The notes: a model not told the origin generated them from the letters alone. A stretch of DNA of 64,000 bases from an uncultured Gammaproteobacteria bacterium (GCA_964404855.1 CAYOLO010000002.1:131494-195493); one strand, 5' to 3'; positions 29,696 to 40,836 are shown, numbered from the stretch's first letter. A program made the numbers and translations.

Positions 29696-30203
29696 TTAAC
29701 TTTGTAACTGTTTCGATATCTGGCGTGGCATCAATATCTCGAAGAATGTGTTTACTTCTAAATTCTTCAATTAATGGGCTTGTAAGGCTATAAAAGGTGT
29801 CTAAACGGGTTTTAATTGCTTCGGGGGTGTCATCCTCTCTTTTTCGCAGCAGAAGTCTTTTAATAGCTTCATCTCGAGGCAGGACTAAATTAATAACCAT
29901 ATCAAGTATGGGCATAAAAACATCAGATTGTTTTTTGTGCCTTGGATAGCCATCTAGGACAAACCCTTTTTGAGTATCAGGCTGAGATAGCCTGTTTTTA
30001 ACCAGTTCAGCAACAAGATCGTCCGGAGCAAGGCGACCATGTTCAATCAAATCGCGAGCTTGTTGTCCAATAGGGGTGTCTTTTTCTGCCTCATTACGAA
30101 CTAACTGTCCACTTTGAATGTGAGGAACGTTGAGTTTTTTAGCAAATATTTCTGCTTGTGTTGATTTGCCAGAACCTTGAACACCAATAAACAAAATCCG
30201 CAT
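29667..30203 (-). CDS. adk: adenylate kinase (short form)
   Basis: [17 protein letters not shown]-loop, located between secY and map. Confidence 0.85.
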   Translation of the reverse strand: MRILFIGVQGSGKSTQAEIFAKKLNVPHIQSGQLVRNEAEKDTPIGQQARDLIEHGRLAPDDLVAELVKNRLSQPDTQKGFVLDGYPRHKKQSDVFMPILDMVINLVLPRDEAIKRLLLRKREDDTPEAIKTRLDTFYSLTSPLIEEFRSKHILRDIDATPDIETVTKLIEKEIYDKN

Positions 30204-31486
30204 TATTTCAAAAAGCCTTCGTAGTTACGGCTAATCATCAGGCTTTCGACCTGTTTACTGGTTTCGAGAGCGACCGAGACTAAAATAAGCACACTGGTTC
30301 CACCAATAACAAGAGATGTGATTCCAGTAATGTTTTGAGCGATTGAAGGTAATATTGCAATGGTTCCCAAAAATAGCGCTCCAAAAAGTGTAATACGAAT
30401 ATTTATATAATCTAGGTATTTCTTGGTTTGCTCACCCGGTCTGATTCCTGGGATAAATCCACCATTTTTCATTAAGTTTTCGGTGATTTGTTTGGTGTTA
30501 AAAGCGACGGTCGAATAAAAATATGTAAAACCGACAACAAGACCAAAATAAGTCAAATTGTAAGCTACAGAGCTAGGTGAAAAAAACTGCACTATCTTGG
30601 CAGAAAAACCTGCTAAGGCTGGATTGGTCGAACCTTGGAGGAATTGCGCAAGAGTTGTGGGTAACAAAACTAAAGAGACGGCAAAAATAATTGGAATAAC
30701 CCCTGTTTGGTTGACCCTAAGTGGTAAATAACTATTCTGAGTAACAGTGCGACCACCGTAGCTTCTTTTGGAAAAATGAACCGGAATCTGTCTACGGCCT
30801 TCGTTGACAAGGACAATACCTAGAATAACCATAAGTGCAACCACTAGCATAATTAAAATGGTAGTAAATTGAACCTGGTCGATAACCTGAGCTTGTTGAA
30901 AAACAGTAATCGGAAGCCTGGCAACAATACCTGCAAAAATAATCATAGAAATACCATTACCGATTCCTTTTTCAGTAATCAGCTCTCCGAGCCACATTAG
31001 GAATATCGTGCCAGCTGTAAGAGTCGCAATAACTGAAAATAGATCAAAGACTGAAAGTGCTGAAATAATTCCTTGATTACGAAGAAGTACATAGACACCA
31101 AATGCCTGCATTATGGCTAGAGGAACAGTAAGATACCTTGTGTAAAGAGTAATTTTTTCTCGGCCGTAATTACCTTCTTTGGCCAACTCTTCGAGTTTAG
31201 GAAAGACCATTTGCAGTAGCTGCATAATGATTGAAGAGTTGATGTAAGGATTGAGACCAAGGGATAAGACCGAAAAGTTGGCTAAGGTTCCACCACTAAA
31301 AACATCCAAAAGAGATAAGAGTTGATTGCCTCCAAAAAGGTTTTTAAGATTGGCAGAGTCAACACCAGGAACTGGGACAAAAGCAAAAATACGGAAAATT
31401 ACAAGTATTAGCAGTGTAAAAAGAATACGATTTCGAAGCTCTTTAACCTTGAGTGCTCGGGCAATAACAGAAAAGATTTTTTGCAT
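30203..31486 (-). CDS. secY: preprotein translocase subunit SecY
   Basis: 10 TM helices and conserved [16 protein letters not shown]. Confidence 0.9.
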   Translation of the reverse strand: MQKIFSVIARALKVKELRNRILFTLLILVIFRIFAFVPVPGVDSANLKNLFGGNQLLSLLDVFSGGTLANFSVLSLGLNPYINSSIIMQLLQMVFPKLEELAKEGNYGREKITLYTRYLTVPLAIMQAFGVYVLLRNQGIISALSVFDLFSVIATLTAGTIFLMWLGELITEKGIGNGISMIIFAGIVARLPITVFQQAQVIDQVQFTTILIMLVVALMVILGIVLVNEGRRQIPVHFSKRSYGGRTVTQNSYLPLRVNQTGVIPIIFAVSLVLLPTTLAQFLQGSTNPALAGFSAKIVQFFSPSSVAYNLTYFGLVVGFTYFYSTVAFNTKQITENLMKNGGFIPGIRPGEQTKKYLDYINIRITLFGALFLGTIAILPSIAQNITGITSLVIGGTSVLILVSVALETSKQVESLMISRNYEGFLK

Positions 31487-31489
31487 TAA

Positions 31490-32026
31490 TTATTTTTTCT
31501 TTTTCGGGCTTGTCTTTTTTTCGCCCTTAGTAGAATTCTTGTCGGTTTTGGTTGTTTCGTCAACTTCGACTTTTGGTTCAATATCCTTAACTTCAACGGT
31601 TTTGGGTTCGTATATTCCTCCAGCCTTGGTTATAGCAATAATGGCTGTTTTGGTCGCAGGAACCTTTACCGTAAGCGAAACAGTTAATTTGCCATTTGAA
31701 AGAATTTTAACCTGTTGTTTGCGAGTGATGATTTTTTCTTTAACTAAAAATTCTTTATCAATAACTGTGCCGACTGGATATTTTGACAAAGCTGTAAGTG
31801 AAATAAGATATGGCTTAAGACTTACTGGAGTATTACCTTTACCTCTAAGATAGGGCAATCTCTTAGTTAGCGGTCTTTGTCCACCTTCGTAATGTGAGTG
31901 TCTAATTGTAAGTGGATTACGAGCGTTTTGACCTTTGTAACCACGACCACCAGTTTTTACCTTACCCGAGCCGTGACCTTGACCTTTTCTTTTTTTTGAT
32001 TTGGTAACTATTCTTACAGTTGTCAT
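31490..32026 (-). CDS. rplO: 50S ribosomal protein L15 (C-terminally extended)
   Basis: RKGQGHGSGKVKTGGRGYKGQNAR. Confidence 0.85.
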   Translation of the reverse strand: MTTVRIVTKSKKRKGQGHGSGKVKTGGRGYKGQNARNPLTIRHSHYEGGQRPLTKRLPYLRGKGNTPVSLKPYLISLTALSKYPVGTVIDKEFLVKEKIITRKQQVKILSNGKLTVSLTVKVPATKTAIIAITKAGGIYEPKTVEVKDIEPKVEVDETTKTDKNSTKGEKKTSPKKKK

Positions 32027-32652
32027 TACTTTTTAGTTTTCTTTGTAGTTTTAGGAGCTGTTTCTTTTTCAGAGGTTTCGGTTTTTTTCTCAACTTTTGC
32101 AGCTTGGGTTTTGACTTTGATTGGCCTGGGTTTAAGTCTAGATAAACCAAGCAGTGTAGCTTGAACATTTGAGGCTTTGTTGTTGGTACCGAGAACTTTT
32201 GAAGAAATACTCAAAACACCGGCGGCTTCCACAACTGAACGAACTGCACCCCCAGCTATAACACCAGATCCAGCTGGAGCCGGCTTAAGGAGAATTTTTG
32301 CTGCACCTTCTTTAATATAAATTTCGTGAGGAATAGTTCCATTAATAAGTGGAACAGTGATTAGATGTTTTTTGGCGTAAGTTGAGCCTTTTCTGATAGC
32401 TGAAGAAACATCGGGAGCTTTACCAAGACCAACTCCGACTCTACCTTTGCGGTCACCGACAACTACTAGAGCAGTAAAACCCATTTTATTGCCACCAGTT
32501 GTTTTTTTGGAAACACGACGAATATGAACAATTTTTTCCTCAAACTCACTAGGGGCCTGTTGAAATTGAGAATTATCTCTGCGATTACGATTGTTACCGC
32601 GATTGTTATTAAAATTTGAATTTTGGCCTTGGCCTGAGTTGTTGCTTTGCAT
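32026..32652 (-). CDS. rpsE: 30S ribosomal protein S5 (N- and C-terminal extensions)
   Basis: IRRVSKKTTGGNKMGFTALVVVGDRKGRVGVGLGKA. It abuts rplO with no rpmD (L30) in between. Confidence 0.85.
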   Translation of the reverse strand: MQSNNSGQGQNSNFNNNRGNNRNRRDNSQFQQAPSEFEEKIVHIRRVSKKTTGGNKMGFTALVVVGDRKGRVGVGLGKAPDVSSAIRKGSTYAKKHLITVPLINGTIPHEIYIKEGAAKILLKPAPAGSGVIAGGAVRSVVEAAGVLSISSKVLGTNNKASNVQATLLGLSRLKPRPIKVKTQAAKVEKKTETSEKETAPKTTKKTKK

Positions 32653-32656
32653 AGTT

Positions 32657-33016
32657 TTAAAAATTTAACCCTCCAGCACGAGCAGCTTCAGCTAAAGCTT
32701 TGACTCTGCCGTGGTAAAGGTTACCACCCCTGTCAAAAACAACAGAAGTTATTTTTTTCTCAGCAAGTTTTTTGGCGATTTCTGTGCCAACTGCCTGAGC
32801 TTTTTCGCTTTTGGTTGATTTGGTTAATTTGATATCGCTAGCTTGAGCAAGAGTAACGCGGTTTAGGTCATCAATTGCTTGGGCTGAAATATGCTGATTT
32901 GATCGAAAAACCGCCAAACGAGGACGCTCTGGTGTACCAATAATTCTGGCACGAACCCTGCGATGTCTTTTTTCGCGATGAACTATTTTGCTGTTTGTCG
33001 ATAATTGATTTTTCAT
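32657..33016 (-). CDS. rplR: 50S ribosomal protein L18
   Basis: [17 protein letters not shown]...[13 protein letters not shown]. Confidence 0.9.
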   Translation of the reverse strand: MKNQLSTNSKIVHREKRHRRVRARIIGTPERPRLAVFRSNQHISAQAIDDLNRVTLAQASDIKLTKSTKSEKAQAVGTEIAKKLAEKKITSVVFDRGGNLYHGRVKALAEAARAGGLNF

Positions 33017-33021
33017 ATTTT

Positions 33022-33564
33022 TTAGGCTGCGGCTTTTGCGGCTTTACCTGATTTGCGGCGTACATACTCACCAACATAGCGAATACCTTTACCTTTGTAA
33101 GGTTCTGGTTTACGTTTCTTGCGAATATCTGCTGCGACTTGACCAACGACTGTTTTGTCTATACCAGAAACAATAACTCGATTCTCGGCCGTGGCAAATT
33201 CTATACCCTCAGGTGCGATTATTTCAACTGGATGAGAAAATCCTAAAGAAAGAACAAGTTTATTGCCTTGAACATTGGCTCTGTATCCGACACCGATTAG
33301 CTCAAGTTCTTTTTTCCAAGCTTCTGAAACACCAGTAATCATGTTAAAAACTAGAGAACGGTACAGTCCATGCATACTTTTGGCGGTTTTGGATTCTGAA
33401 CTGCGCTCAACTAAAATTTCGGTATCATTAATGACAATTTTTGCTTCAGGGCGAACGAGTAAACTCAAACTTCCTTTTGGTCCGGTAATCGTAAGATTCC
33501 TGCCGTCTAAAACAGCGGTAACCCCAGATGGTATTGTAATTGGTTTCTGACCGATTTTTGACAT
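33022..33564 (-). CDS. rplF: 50S ribosomal protein L6
   Basis: Two-domain L6 fold sequence, [15 protein letters not shown]. Confidence 0.9.
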   Translation of the reverse strand: MSKIGQKPITIPSGVTAVLDGRNLTITGPKGSLSLLVRPEAKIVINDTEILVERSSESKTAKSMHGLYRSLVFNMITGVSEAWKKELELIGVGYRANVQGNKLVLSLGFSHPVEIIAPEGIEFATAENRVIVSGIDKTVVGQVAADIRKKRKPEPYKGKGIRYVGEYVRRKSGKAAKAAA

Positions 33565-33570
33565 AAATAT

Positions 33571-33957
33571 TTAACTTACTTTACAAATTATTTCTCCACC
33601 GAGTTTTTTAGTGCGGGCTTTTCTGCCAGTCATTAACCCTTGAGGGGTTGAAATAATGACATCTCCAAGTCCTGATCTGACGAATGGAATACTCTTGTGG
33701 TCTTTATAAACTCTAATTGATGGGCTAGATACTCTTTTTATTTCGTTGAGTACAGGTGTTTTATCCTCGTTGTATTTAAGGGTCACAAGAATCTCTTTGT
33801 CGTTTTTGATTTTGGAATCAAGCACAAAACCAAGCTCAGTTAAAACCGAACCGATAGCGGCTTTGGCTTTTGAGTTGCGAACAACAACATTTTTTTTGCG
33901 AGCCATATATCCGTTACGGATAATGGTCAACATATCTGCAATTGGGTCGTTAATCAT
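33571..33957 (-). CDS. rpsH: 30S ribosomal protein S8
   Basis: MINDPIADMLTIIRNG. Confidence 0.9.
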   Translation of the reverse strand: MINDPIADMLTIIRNGYMARKKNVVVRNSKAKAAIGSVLTELGFVLDSKIKNDKEILVTLKYNEDKTPVLNEIKRVSSPSIRVYKDHKSIPFVRSGLGDVIISTPQGLMTGRKARTKKLGGEIICKVS

Positions 33958-33964
33958 AGTTTGT

Positions 33965-34147
33965 TTACCAAGAAGCCTTTCTGACTCCCGGGAGTTCTCC
34001 TTTTACGGCATACATTCTAAAGCAAAGTCTGCAAAGGCCAAATTTGCGCAAATAAGCTCTTGGTCTTCCGCAACGCATACAACGGTTTGGCTCACGAGTT
34101 GCGAGCTGAGGCTTTTTGCTTTTTGCTATTTTACTTACTTTTGCCAT
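33965..34147 (-). CDS. rpsN: 30S ribosomal protein S14 type Z (zinc-binding)
   Basis: [10 protein letters not shown]...CRLCFR. Confidence 0.9.
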   Translation of the reverse strand: MAKVSKIAKSKKPQLATREPNRCMRCGRPRAYLRKFGLCRLCFRMYAVKGELPGVRKASW

Positions 34148-34150
34148 ATT

Positions 34151-34702
34151 TTAGTTATTTTCTTTTTTCTCAAAAGGCATACCAAGAGCCTCAAGTAGTT
34201 TGCGTGCAGCTGGTATTTCTTTTGTCGAGGTGGTTAAAGTTACTTGAAGACCGCGGACTTTGTCAATTTGGGAATATTCAATTTCTGGGAACAAGATCTG
34301 TTCTTTGATTCCAAGACTGAAATTTGCTTCCTTATCAAAGGCTTTGTCTGAAATACCTCTAAAGTCACGTACACGAGGCAAAACAATATTAAAAAGTCTA
34401 TCCAAGAAATCGTACATTCTTTCACCGCGCAAGGTAACCTTGACTCCAATAGCTTGACCTTGACGAAGCTTAAAAGTCGAAATCGATTTTTTAGCTTTGG
34501 TAGCAATTGGTTTTTGTCCAGAAATAAGTGTGATTTGTTCAAGTACTTTGTCGATAACACCAGCATTACCTGTTGCTTCCCCCAAAGAAACATTAATCGT
34601 CACTTTTTCGATGTAAGGAATAGCCATCGTGTTTTTGATACCAAATTCCTTGGCAAGTTCTGGGGCTATTTCTTTGCGATATTTTTCTTTTAGTTGGTTC
34701 AT
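34151..34702 (-). CDS. rplE: 50S ribosomal protein L5
   Basis: Position in the spc cluster, plus NTMAIPYIEKVTINVSLGEA. Confidence 0.9.
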   Translation of the reverse strand: MNQLKEKYRKEIAPELAKEFGIKNTMAIPYIEKVTINVSLGEATGNAGVIDKVLEQITLISGQKPIATKAKKSISTFKLRQGQAIGVKVTLRGERMYDFLDRLFNIVLPRVRDFRGISDKAFDKEANFSLGIKEQILFPEIEYSQIDKVRGLQVTLTTSTKEIPAARKLLEALGMPFEKKENN

Positions 34703-34704
34703 TT

Positions 34705-35016
34705 TTATATTTTTTCTTTGGTTTTGGAACTAATACGGATTTTTTTACCGTTCTCAGTTATAAAACTAACCCTGGTAGCCTTATTGGTTTTGGGATCAAT
34801 AATTGCGATATTACCAAAAGGTAGTGCTCGGGAGAACTCCACAATTTGTGAAGGTCTTTGTGGGTCGAGGCTTTTTTTGTGTTTTTTGTATAGATTAACT
34901 CCACCAACAACAGCAGACAGTTTGTCGCGATTGATTTTAACAATCGAACCTGTTTTGCCTTTGTCTTTTCCGGCGGTAACTATTACTTTATCGTTGATTC
35001 TAAATTTTAGTGCCAT
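34705..35016 (-). CDS. rplX: 50S ribosomal protein L24
   Basis: KFRINDKVIVTAGKDKGKTG KOW motif. Confidence 0.9.
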   Translation of the reverse strand: MALKFRINDKVIVTAGKDKGKTGSIVKINRDKLSAVVGGVNLYKKHKKSLDPQRPSQIVEFSRALPFGNIAIIDPKTNKATRVSFITENGKKIRISSKTKEKI

Positions 35017-35020
35017 AGTT

Positions 35021-35389
35021 TTATATAACCTCCGGTGCTAATGAAATAATTTTTGAGAATCCTTTTTCGCGTAATTCTCTGGCAACTGGGCCAAAAATAC
35101 GAGTACCGATTGGATTCTTGTCTTTGTCGATTACAACTGCAGCGTTTTCAGAGAAACGAATATAGCTACCATCTGGACGTCTTACTTCTTTTCTGGTCCT
35201 AACCAGTACGGCTTTGACAACTTCGTGGGATTTGACGGTACCATTAGGATCAGCCTTCTTGACCGAAGCAGTAATAACATCACCAATTGAGGCAAATCTT
35301 TTTCCTGATCCACCACCAACATGAATAACTGCCAAATCTTTAGCACCTGAGTTATCGGCTACAACTAGTCTTGAACGGTGTTGGATCAT
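35021..35389 (-). CDS. rplN: 50S ribosomal protein L14
   Basis: [17 protein letters not shown]. Confidence 0.9.
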   Translation of the reverse strand: MIQHRSRLVVADNSGAKDLAVIHVGGGSGKRFASIGDVITASVKKADPNGTVKSHEVVKAVLVRTRKEVRRPDGSYIRFSENAAVVIDKDKNPIGTRIFGPVARELREKGFSKIISLAPEVI

Positions 35390-35619
35390 TTGGCAACAAC
35401 CTCCAATACTTTAAAGAACTTATTTTTGGAAATAGGCTTAACTGATTCGATAATAACGGTTTGTCCGATTTTGGCTCCAATAGTATTGTCAGCCAAAAAC
35501 TTTTTGTGAGATTTGATTCTCTTGCCGTATTTTGGATGTGTTTTGATCGTTTCGATCCTAACACTTGCTGTGCCAGTCATTTTGTCAGATGTAACGATAC
35601 CTTTAAATGTTTTTTTCAT
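35386..35619 (-). CDS. rpsQ: 30S ribosomal protein S17
   Basis: [18 protein letters not shown]. Confidence 0.9.
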   Translation of the reverse strand: MKKTFKGIVTSDKMTGTASVRIETIKTHPKYGKRIKSHKKFLADNTIGAKIGQTVIIESVKPISKNKFFKVLEVVAK

Positions 35620-35624
35620 ACTAT

Positions 35625-35867
35625 TTACTTTTTCAAGCTTGCAATTATGCGTGAAGCATTAAGTTTGGTCAAGGTGCGAGCTACTTCCTTCTTTTGCTTG
35701 TGGATAAGGCTGGTGTTTTTGATGCGACCAAGTTTGAGCTGAAGTTTGGTTTCAACTGCAGTTTTTCTCTGATCATGAACAATCCCATGTAGTGCCTTAA
35801 GCCCTGACTCGGACTTATTCTCATTTTTATTTTCAATTTTTGTTTCGGTTTTTTTTGTAGTTGCCAT
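35625..35867 (-). CDS. rpmC: 50S ribosomal protein L29
   Basis: Position between rplP and rpsQ, helical Lys-rich 80-aa protein. Confidence 0.75.
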   Translation of the reverse strand: MATTKKTETKIENKNENKSESGLKALHGIVHDQRKTAVETKLQLKLGRIKNTSLIHKQKKEVARTLTKLNASRIIASLKK

Positions 35868-35874
35868 ATATTTA

Positions 35875-36291
35875 TTAATTTATTTCGTGCTTTTCGACAA
35901 AAACAGTTTTGACTGGAAGCTTGTGAGCAGCAAGACGCATTGCTTCTTTTGCAACAACTTTGTCGACTGCGGCCATTTCAAAAAGCATCATTCCTGGCTT
36001 AACAACGGCTGCGTGCATGTAAACGTCACCTTTTCCAGAACCCATACGAACCTCAAGTGGTTTTTTGGTAATTGGTTTATTTGGAAAAATACGAATCCAG
36101 ATACGACCACCACGCTTTGTGTAATGAGTCATTGCACGACGAGCGGCTTCGATTTGACGATTAGTAATCCAAGCAGCTTCGAGTGATTTGAGTCCGAATT
36201 CACCAAAAGCAACCGTGTTGCGTCGCGTTGCGACACCTCGACGTTTGCCGCGGAACTCTTTACGAAATTTTTGTTTCTTAGGTTGCAACAT
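35875..36291 (-). CDS. rplP: 50S ribosomal protein L16
   Basis: [19 protein letters not shown]. Confidence 0.9.
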   Translation of the reverse strand: MLQPKKQKFRKEFRGKRRGVATRRNTVAFGEFGLKSLEAAWITNRQIEAARRAMTHYTKRGGRIWIRIFPNKPITKKPLEVRMGSGKGDVYMHAAVVKPGMMLFEMAAVDKVVAKEAMRLAAHKLPVKTVFVEKHEIN

Positions 36292-36293
36292 AA

Positions 36294-36935
36294 TTATTGA
36301 TTTTCTTGACCTCTAAAAATCCAAACTTTTACTCCAACAAGACCTGCTTTGGTTGGTGCTCCAATTGAAGCAAAATCAATGTCGGCCTTAATTGTTTGAA
36401 GGGGAATACTACCAAATTTTCCAGACTCTTTGCGAGCAATTTCTGCACCACCAAGTCGCCCTGAAAGAATAATTTTGCCACCTTTGGCGCCAGATCTTTG
36501 GATTCTTTCTAGTGAAGAGCCTATAACTCTTTTGTGTGGAATTCTTTTTGCTAATTGTTCTGCACAGCTAATTGCAATAAGTTTTGCATCAAGATCAGGA
36601 TTTTTTATTTCTTCAACTCTAAATTCCATTTTGCCTTCGTCTTTGAGTTTAAGTTTTTTCATTAACTGTTTTTTGGTCTCTTCAAGACCTGTTCCGCCAC
36701 GACCAATCACAATACCTGGCCGGGAAACAAAAACAGTAATAGTTCGTTTATCAAATGATCTTTCGATTTCGATTTTGGAAAGTCCGGCTGGTTTTAGGCG
36801 AATGTCTAAAAATTCTCTGGTTGCACGATCTTCGGCAAGAAGATCTTTGTAGTCAGCATCTCTTGAGAACCAACGGGATGACCAGTCTTTGTTAATACCT
36901 GTTCGAAATGAAATTGGATGTACTTTTTGTCCCAT
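36294..36935 (-). CDS. rpsC: 30S ribosomal protein S3
   Basis: [16 protein letters not shown] domain. Confidence 0.9.
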   Translation of the reverse strand: MGQKVHPISFRTGINKDWSSRWFSRDADYKDLLAEDRATREFLDIRLKPAGLSKIEIERSFDKRTITVFVSRPGIVIGRGGTGLEETKKQLMKKLKLKDEGKMEFRVEEIKNPDLDAKLIAISCAEQLAKRIPHKRVIGSSLERIQRSGAKGGKIILSGRLGGAEIARKESGKFGSIPLQTIKADIDFASIGAPTKAGLVGVKVWIFRGQENQ

Positions 36936-36940
36936 ATTTT

Positions 36941-37384
36941 TTAGACTTTTTTAGCTTTTGTAGTTAATTTTTTAGCTGGCTTTTCGGCTAATATTTGATC
37001 GATTTCGGTTTTTTGTTTGACTTTTTTCTGTTTTTCAATCTTAATTGGAGCTTTTTGCTCTAGAGTGACACGAATATGGCTAGTGCGACGGGTATATGGA
37101 GCAGCCATACCTTTAGAACGAGCACGGAAACGTTTGAACTTAATACCCTCTTCAATAATTATCGATTTGATGACGAGATCTTCGGTTTTGGCTGATTGGT
37201 TTTTGGCATCGGCTAGTGCGGTTTTTATTACGCTTGCAATAAGATTGGCAGATTTTTGTGGCATAAAATTAAGCTCAATTAGGGCTTTTTGAGGATCGGT
37301 TGTTTTCACAGCTTTAACTACCAGACGAGCTTTTCTGGGAGAGGTTCGTGAATGTTTAGCTAGTGAAGTAAAGGTCGTGTTCAT
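36941..37384 (-). CDS. rplV: 50S ribosomal protein L22 (C-terminally extended)
   Basis: Position between rpsS and rpsC, L22 core. Confidence 0.85.
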   Translation of the reverse strand: MNTTFTSLAKHSRTSPRKARLVVKAVKTTDPQKALIELNFMPQKSANLIASVIKTALADAKNQSAKTEDLVIKSIIIEEGIKFKRFRARSKGMAAPYTRRTSHIRVTLEQKAPIKIEKQKKVKQKTEIDQILAEKPAKKLTTKAKKV

Positions 37385-37389
37385 TATTT

Positions 37390-37674
37390 TTAAGTCTTAG
37401 AAATAGTTCTTTGGGTAATTTTGCCGTGACCTTTGAATGTTCTGGTTGGAGAGAACTCGCCCAAGCGGTGACCAACCATTGATTCATTAATAAATACTGA
37501 CAAATGTTTGCGACCATTGTGGACCAAAAATGTCCAACCGACGAACTCCGGCGCAATTTGCGAATCGCGAGCCCAAGTTTTGATTGGGTCTTTAGTACCG
37601 GCAGCTTTCTGTCGGTTTATTTTTTTCATTAGTTTTTCGTCGACGTATGGTCCTTTTTTAATTGAACGACTCAT
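37390..37674 (-). CDS. rpsS: 30S ribosomal protein S19
   Basis: [15 protein letters not shown]...GHRLGEF. Confidence 0.9.
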   Translation of the reverse strand: MSRSIKKGPYVDEKLMKKINRQKAAGTKDPIKTWARDSQIAPEFVGWTFLVHNGRKHLSVFINESMVGHRLGEFSPTRTFKGHGKITQRTISKT

Positions 37675-37676
37675 AA

Positions 37677-38507
37677 TTATTTTTTATTTCTCTTAGTAAC
37701 AATATATTTATTAGAAAACTTACGGCGGTTTCTGGTTATTTTACCCAAAGTCTTCTTACCCCACTTGCTCTTTGGTGAAGGCATACCGATTCCGGATTTT
37801 CCTTCTCCACCACCGTGTGGGTGATCAATTGGGTTTTGCGCAACACCACGAACTGAAGGTCTAATGTTTTTGTGACGACTGCGACCAGCTTTACCTAACT
37901 TGACGTTTTTAAGATCAAGATTTCCAAGCTGACCGATTGTAGCATAGGCGTCAATGTGAATTCTGCGTACTTCTCCAGATGGGAGTTTAACATTAGCGTA
38001 ACTACCTTCTTTGGATGAGATTGCTGCAAATGTACCTGCTGATCGAACTAGTTTGGCTCCAGCTCTTGGTTCTAATTCAATATTATGAATCTGTGTACCA
38101 ACAGGAATTTTGGATAATGGCAGGGAATTACCAACACGAATTGCAGCTTTTGGACCGCTTTCTATTTTGGCGTCTACCGCTAGACCAATAGGGGACAAAA
38201 TATAACGCTTGTCTCCGTCAGAGTAATTAATTAGGGAAATATCTGCAGTGCGGTTTGGATCATATTCAATCGAAACAACCCTACCAGAAACTCCAGCTTT
38301 GTTTCGCTTAAAATCTACTTTTCTAAAAAGCCGTTTGTGTCCGCCACCTTTGTGTCTGGTTGTAAGTTTTTTACCACCAGCTCGATGCCCTTTGACACTA
38401 CCCTTAGTAAGAGATCTGAGTGGACGATCTTTTGAAAGATCAGAGTTAACGATAGTACTCTTTAGACGACTGCCTGCTGTGGTTTTTTTATAAACTTTAA
38501 TAGCCAT
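37677..38507 (-). CDS. rplB: 50S ribosomal protein L2
   Basis: [14 protein letters not shown]...GGGEGK. Confidence 0.9.
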   Translation of the reverse strand: MAIKVYKKTTAGSRLKSTIVNSDLSKDRPLRSLTKGSVKGHRAGGKKLTTRHKGGGHKRLFRKVDFKRNKAGVSGRVVSIEYDPNRTADISLINYSDGDKRYILSPIGLAVDAKIESGPKAAIRVGNSLPLSKIPVGTQIHNIELEPRAGAKLVRSAGTFAAISSKEGSYANVKLPSGEVRRIHIDAYATIGQLGNLDLKNVKLGKAGRSRHKNIRPSVRGVAQNPIDHPHGGGEGKSGIGMPSPKSKWGKKTLGKITRNRRKFSNKYIVTKRNKK

Positions 38508-38512
38508 AGTGA

Positions 38513-38845
38513 TTATTTAGTTTCTTTTTTTGGTGACTTTTTAATCTTTTTTTCTTCTTTGGGTTCTTCAAAAATACTAATTGTTTGTCCTTTCTCAACA
38601 AAAACTGTAGCTTTTTTGTAACCAGAAATAGCGATAGTTTTGCGCTTGTTGTTAACTTTGGATGATGGTTTAACGATAGAAATTGTAACTTTGGTGGCAG
38701 TAACACCGAATAGACTGTTAGCAGCGCGAGCTACTGATGTTTTGGTCGCATCAGGGTGTACCTTAAATGAATACTGTCCAAACGGATGACCCTTGAGGCT
38801 TTTTTCGGTAATTATTGGTTTTAGAATTATTTGGCTTAGTTCCAT
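38513..38845 (-). CDS. rplW: 50S ribosomal protein L23
   Basis: ILKPIITEKS. Confidence 0.85.
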   Translation of the reverse strand: MELSQIILKPIITEKSLKGHPFGQYSFKVHPDATKTSVARAANSLFGVTATKVTISIVKPSSKVNNKRKTIAISGYKKATVFVEKGQTISIFEEPKEEKKIKKSPKKETK

Positions 38846-39540
38846 CGTTGTGTTAAAGCTTTTAGACTATCGGGGGTAAGAATAAGAGTTGTGTTGTTGA
38901 TAAGGTTGTAAGTTGTAAGGTCGACCGCGGATTTAATCGAAACATTAGCAAGGTTTCTGGAGCCAAGCTTGAATGCTGGTTGCTTCTCATTGAGAATAAC
39001 TAAATATTTAGATGATTTGGGTAGGGAATTGATAACTTTTGCGATTTGGGCAGTTTTGGCTGGTAATGTTTCTAATCCTTTGACGGCAATTATTTTTTCT
39101 TCTGTTAGTTTTTGGCTTAGCGCTGAAGATAATGCCTTAAGACGCATTTTTTTAGGTAGTGTTTGAGTAAAGGAGTGTGTTTGTGGACCAAATGTTGTTC
39201 CTCCACCAACCCAGAGCGGAGATCTGGTTGAACCAGCTCTAGCACGACTTGTACCTTTTTGTTTCCAAGGTTTTTTACCACCACCACTGACACTGCCACG
39301 AGTCTTGGTATTAGCATTACCAGCTCTTTGGTTGGTCAAATAAACGCGCACTGCTTGAGCAATTAGTGTTTGATTAACTTTGGCGCCAAATATTTCTACA
39401 GGTACTTCGATAACTCCAGCACTCTTACCTACTAGATCAAAAACTGGAATTGATAATTTTGCAGATTTTGGTTTATCAACTGAAACAGTCTTGGTTTTTG
39501 GTGCGACCTTCTTTGTAGTGGTTTTTTTGGTTGTTTCCAT
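38836..39540 (-). CDS. rplD: 50S ribosomal protein L4
   Basis: Position, plus GSVSGGGKKPWKQKGTSRARAGS. Confidence 0.9.
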   Translation of the reverse strand: METTKKTTTKKVAPKTKTVSVDKPKSAKLSIPVFDLVGKSAGVIEVPVEIFGAKVNQTLIAQAVRVYLTNQRAGNANTKTRGSVSGGGKKPWKQKGTSRARAGSTRSPLWVGGGTTFGPQTHSFTQTLPKKMRLKALSSALSQKLTEEKIIAVKGLETLPAKTAQIAKVINSLPKSSKYLVILNEKQPAFKLGSRNLANVSIKSAVDLTTYNLINNTTLILTPDSLKALTQRWN

Positions 39541-39545
39541 AGTAA

Positions 39546-40409
39546 TTATTTGACCTCTTTATCTGTTTCTTCTTGTGGAGTGGGGGAGTCTGAAGAATTT
39601 TCTGCAGGAGTTTCTGTTACTACTGTCTCCACTGTTTCACTACCCTCTTCGGTGGATTTTTCTTCGACTTGCTCTTGGCTTTCCCCTGCTGTGTTTTCTG
39701 CTTCAACTGCTTCTGTTTCTATTGCCTGCTCTTCAGCTGGCTCCTCTATCGCCTGCTCTTCAACATGAGCCTCAACGAGAGGTTTTTTGGATCCGACTTT
39801 TTCAATTAAAAGCAATGAGTTTGGCGCTCCAGGAATAGCACCTTTAACTAAAAGAAGATTGTTTTCTGTATCAACATCGTAGACAACGATACCTGATACG
39901 GTTTTTCTGGCGGAACCTGTGTGTCCGGCCATTTTTTTACCTTTGTAGACTCTTCCAGGGGTGGTTGTTTGACCGATTGATCCAGGCGCTCTTTCGCGAT
40001 CGGATTGACCATGAGTACGAGGACCACCAGCAAAACCCCATCTTTTGACTACTCCTGCAAACCCTTTACCGCGACTAGTGCCGGTAACTTTTAGAAGGTC
40101 ACCTGATGCAAAATCAGCGACACTAAGCTCGGCTCCAATCGATTGAGAGTTGTCATCTATTTCTTTGACGCGGAATTCTCTAACAGTTTTGGGGACAAAT
40201 TTAAGATCTTTGTAGCCTTTTTTTTGTGGATCTTTAGGTTTTTTGGCAATTCCGGCTCCAACTTGAAGTGCAACATATCCGTCTTTTTCTATTAAACGGT
40301 GGCCAACGACTAAATTAGGCGTAGCAGTAATTACTGTCACTGGTACAGCATTACCACGCGAATCGAAACGCGTTATCATGTTTTTCTTTTTGCCAATTAT
40401 TACTTGCAT
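39546..40409 (-). CDS. rplC: 50S ribosomal protein L3 with ~90-aa acidic C-terminal tail
   Basis: L3 core (GFAGVVKRWGFAGGPRTHGQS) followed by the EEQAIEEPAEEQAIETEAVEAENTAGESQEQVEE... tail. Confidence 0.9.
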   Translation of the reverse strand: MQVIIGKKKNMITRFDSRGNAVPVTVITATPNLVVGHRLIEKDGYVALQVGAGIAKKPKDPQKKGYKDLKFVPKTVREFRVKEIDDNSQSIGAELSVADFASGDLLKVTGTSRGKGFAGVVKRWGFAGGPRTHGQSDRERAPGSIGQTTTPGRVYKGKKMAGHTGSARKTVSGIVVYDVDTENNLLLVKGAIPGAPNSLLLIEKVGSKKPLVEAHVEEQAIEEPAEEQAIETEAVEAENTAGESQEQVEEKSTEEGSETVETVVTETPAENSSDSPTPQEETDKEVK

Positions 40410-40527
40410 TTTTTTATTTGTATTTCAAAACGGAAGCAGACTTCCTTAGTATTTGATAAGGCTGTCTGCGTCAAAACTATCGAACAATATTAGATATGGT
40501 GGCGTCTAAATTTAACTAGACGCGATT

Positions 40528-40836
40528 TTACATCTTGAGCTCGATGTCGATACCAGCAGGAAGCTGGAGATTCGTCAAAGAGTCTATCGTCTTACCAGTT
40601 GGTTCGATGATGTCGATGAGGCGCTTGTGAGTACGGACTTCAAAATGCTCTTGTGCATCCTTGTGGGTATGCGGAGACTTCAGGACTGTATATCGCCTGA
40701 CTTTGGTCGGCAGCGGGATCGGACCGACGATTTTAGCACCGGTTGATACAGCTGTGTTTAAGATTTCACGACAAGTCTGATCAATAACCCGACTGTCGTA
40801 ACTTTTTAAACGAACTCTAATTCTGCCTTTTGGCAT
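40528..40836 (-). CDS. rpsJ: 30S ribosomal protein S10
   Basis: MPKGRIRVRLKSYDSRVIDQ. Confidence 0.9.
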   Translation of the reverse strand: MPKGRIRVRLKSYDSRVIDQTCREILNTAVSTGAKIVGPIPLPTKVRRYTVLKSPHTHKDAQEHFEVRTHKRLIDIIEPTGKTIDSLTNLQLPAGIDIELKM

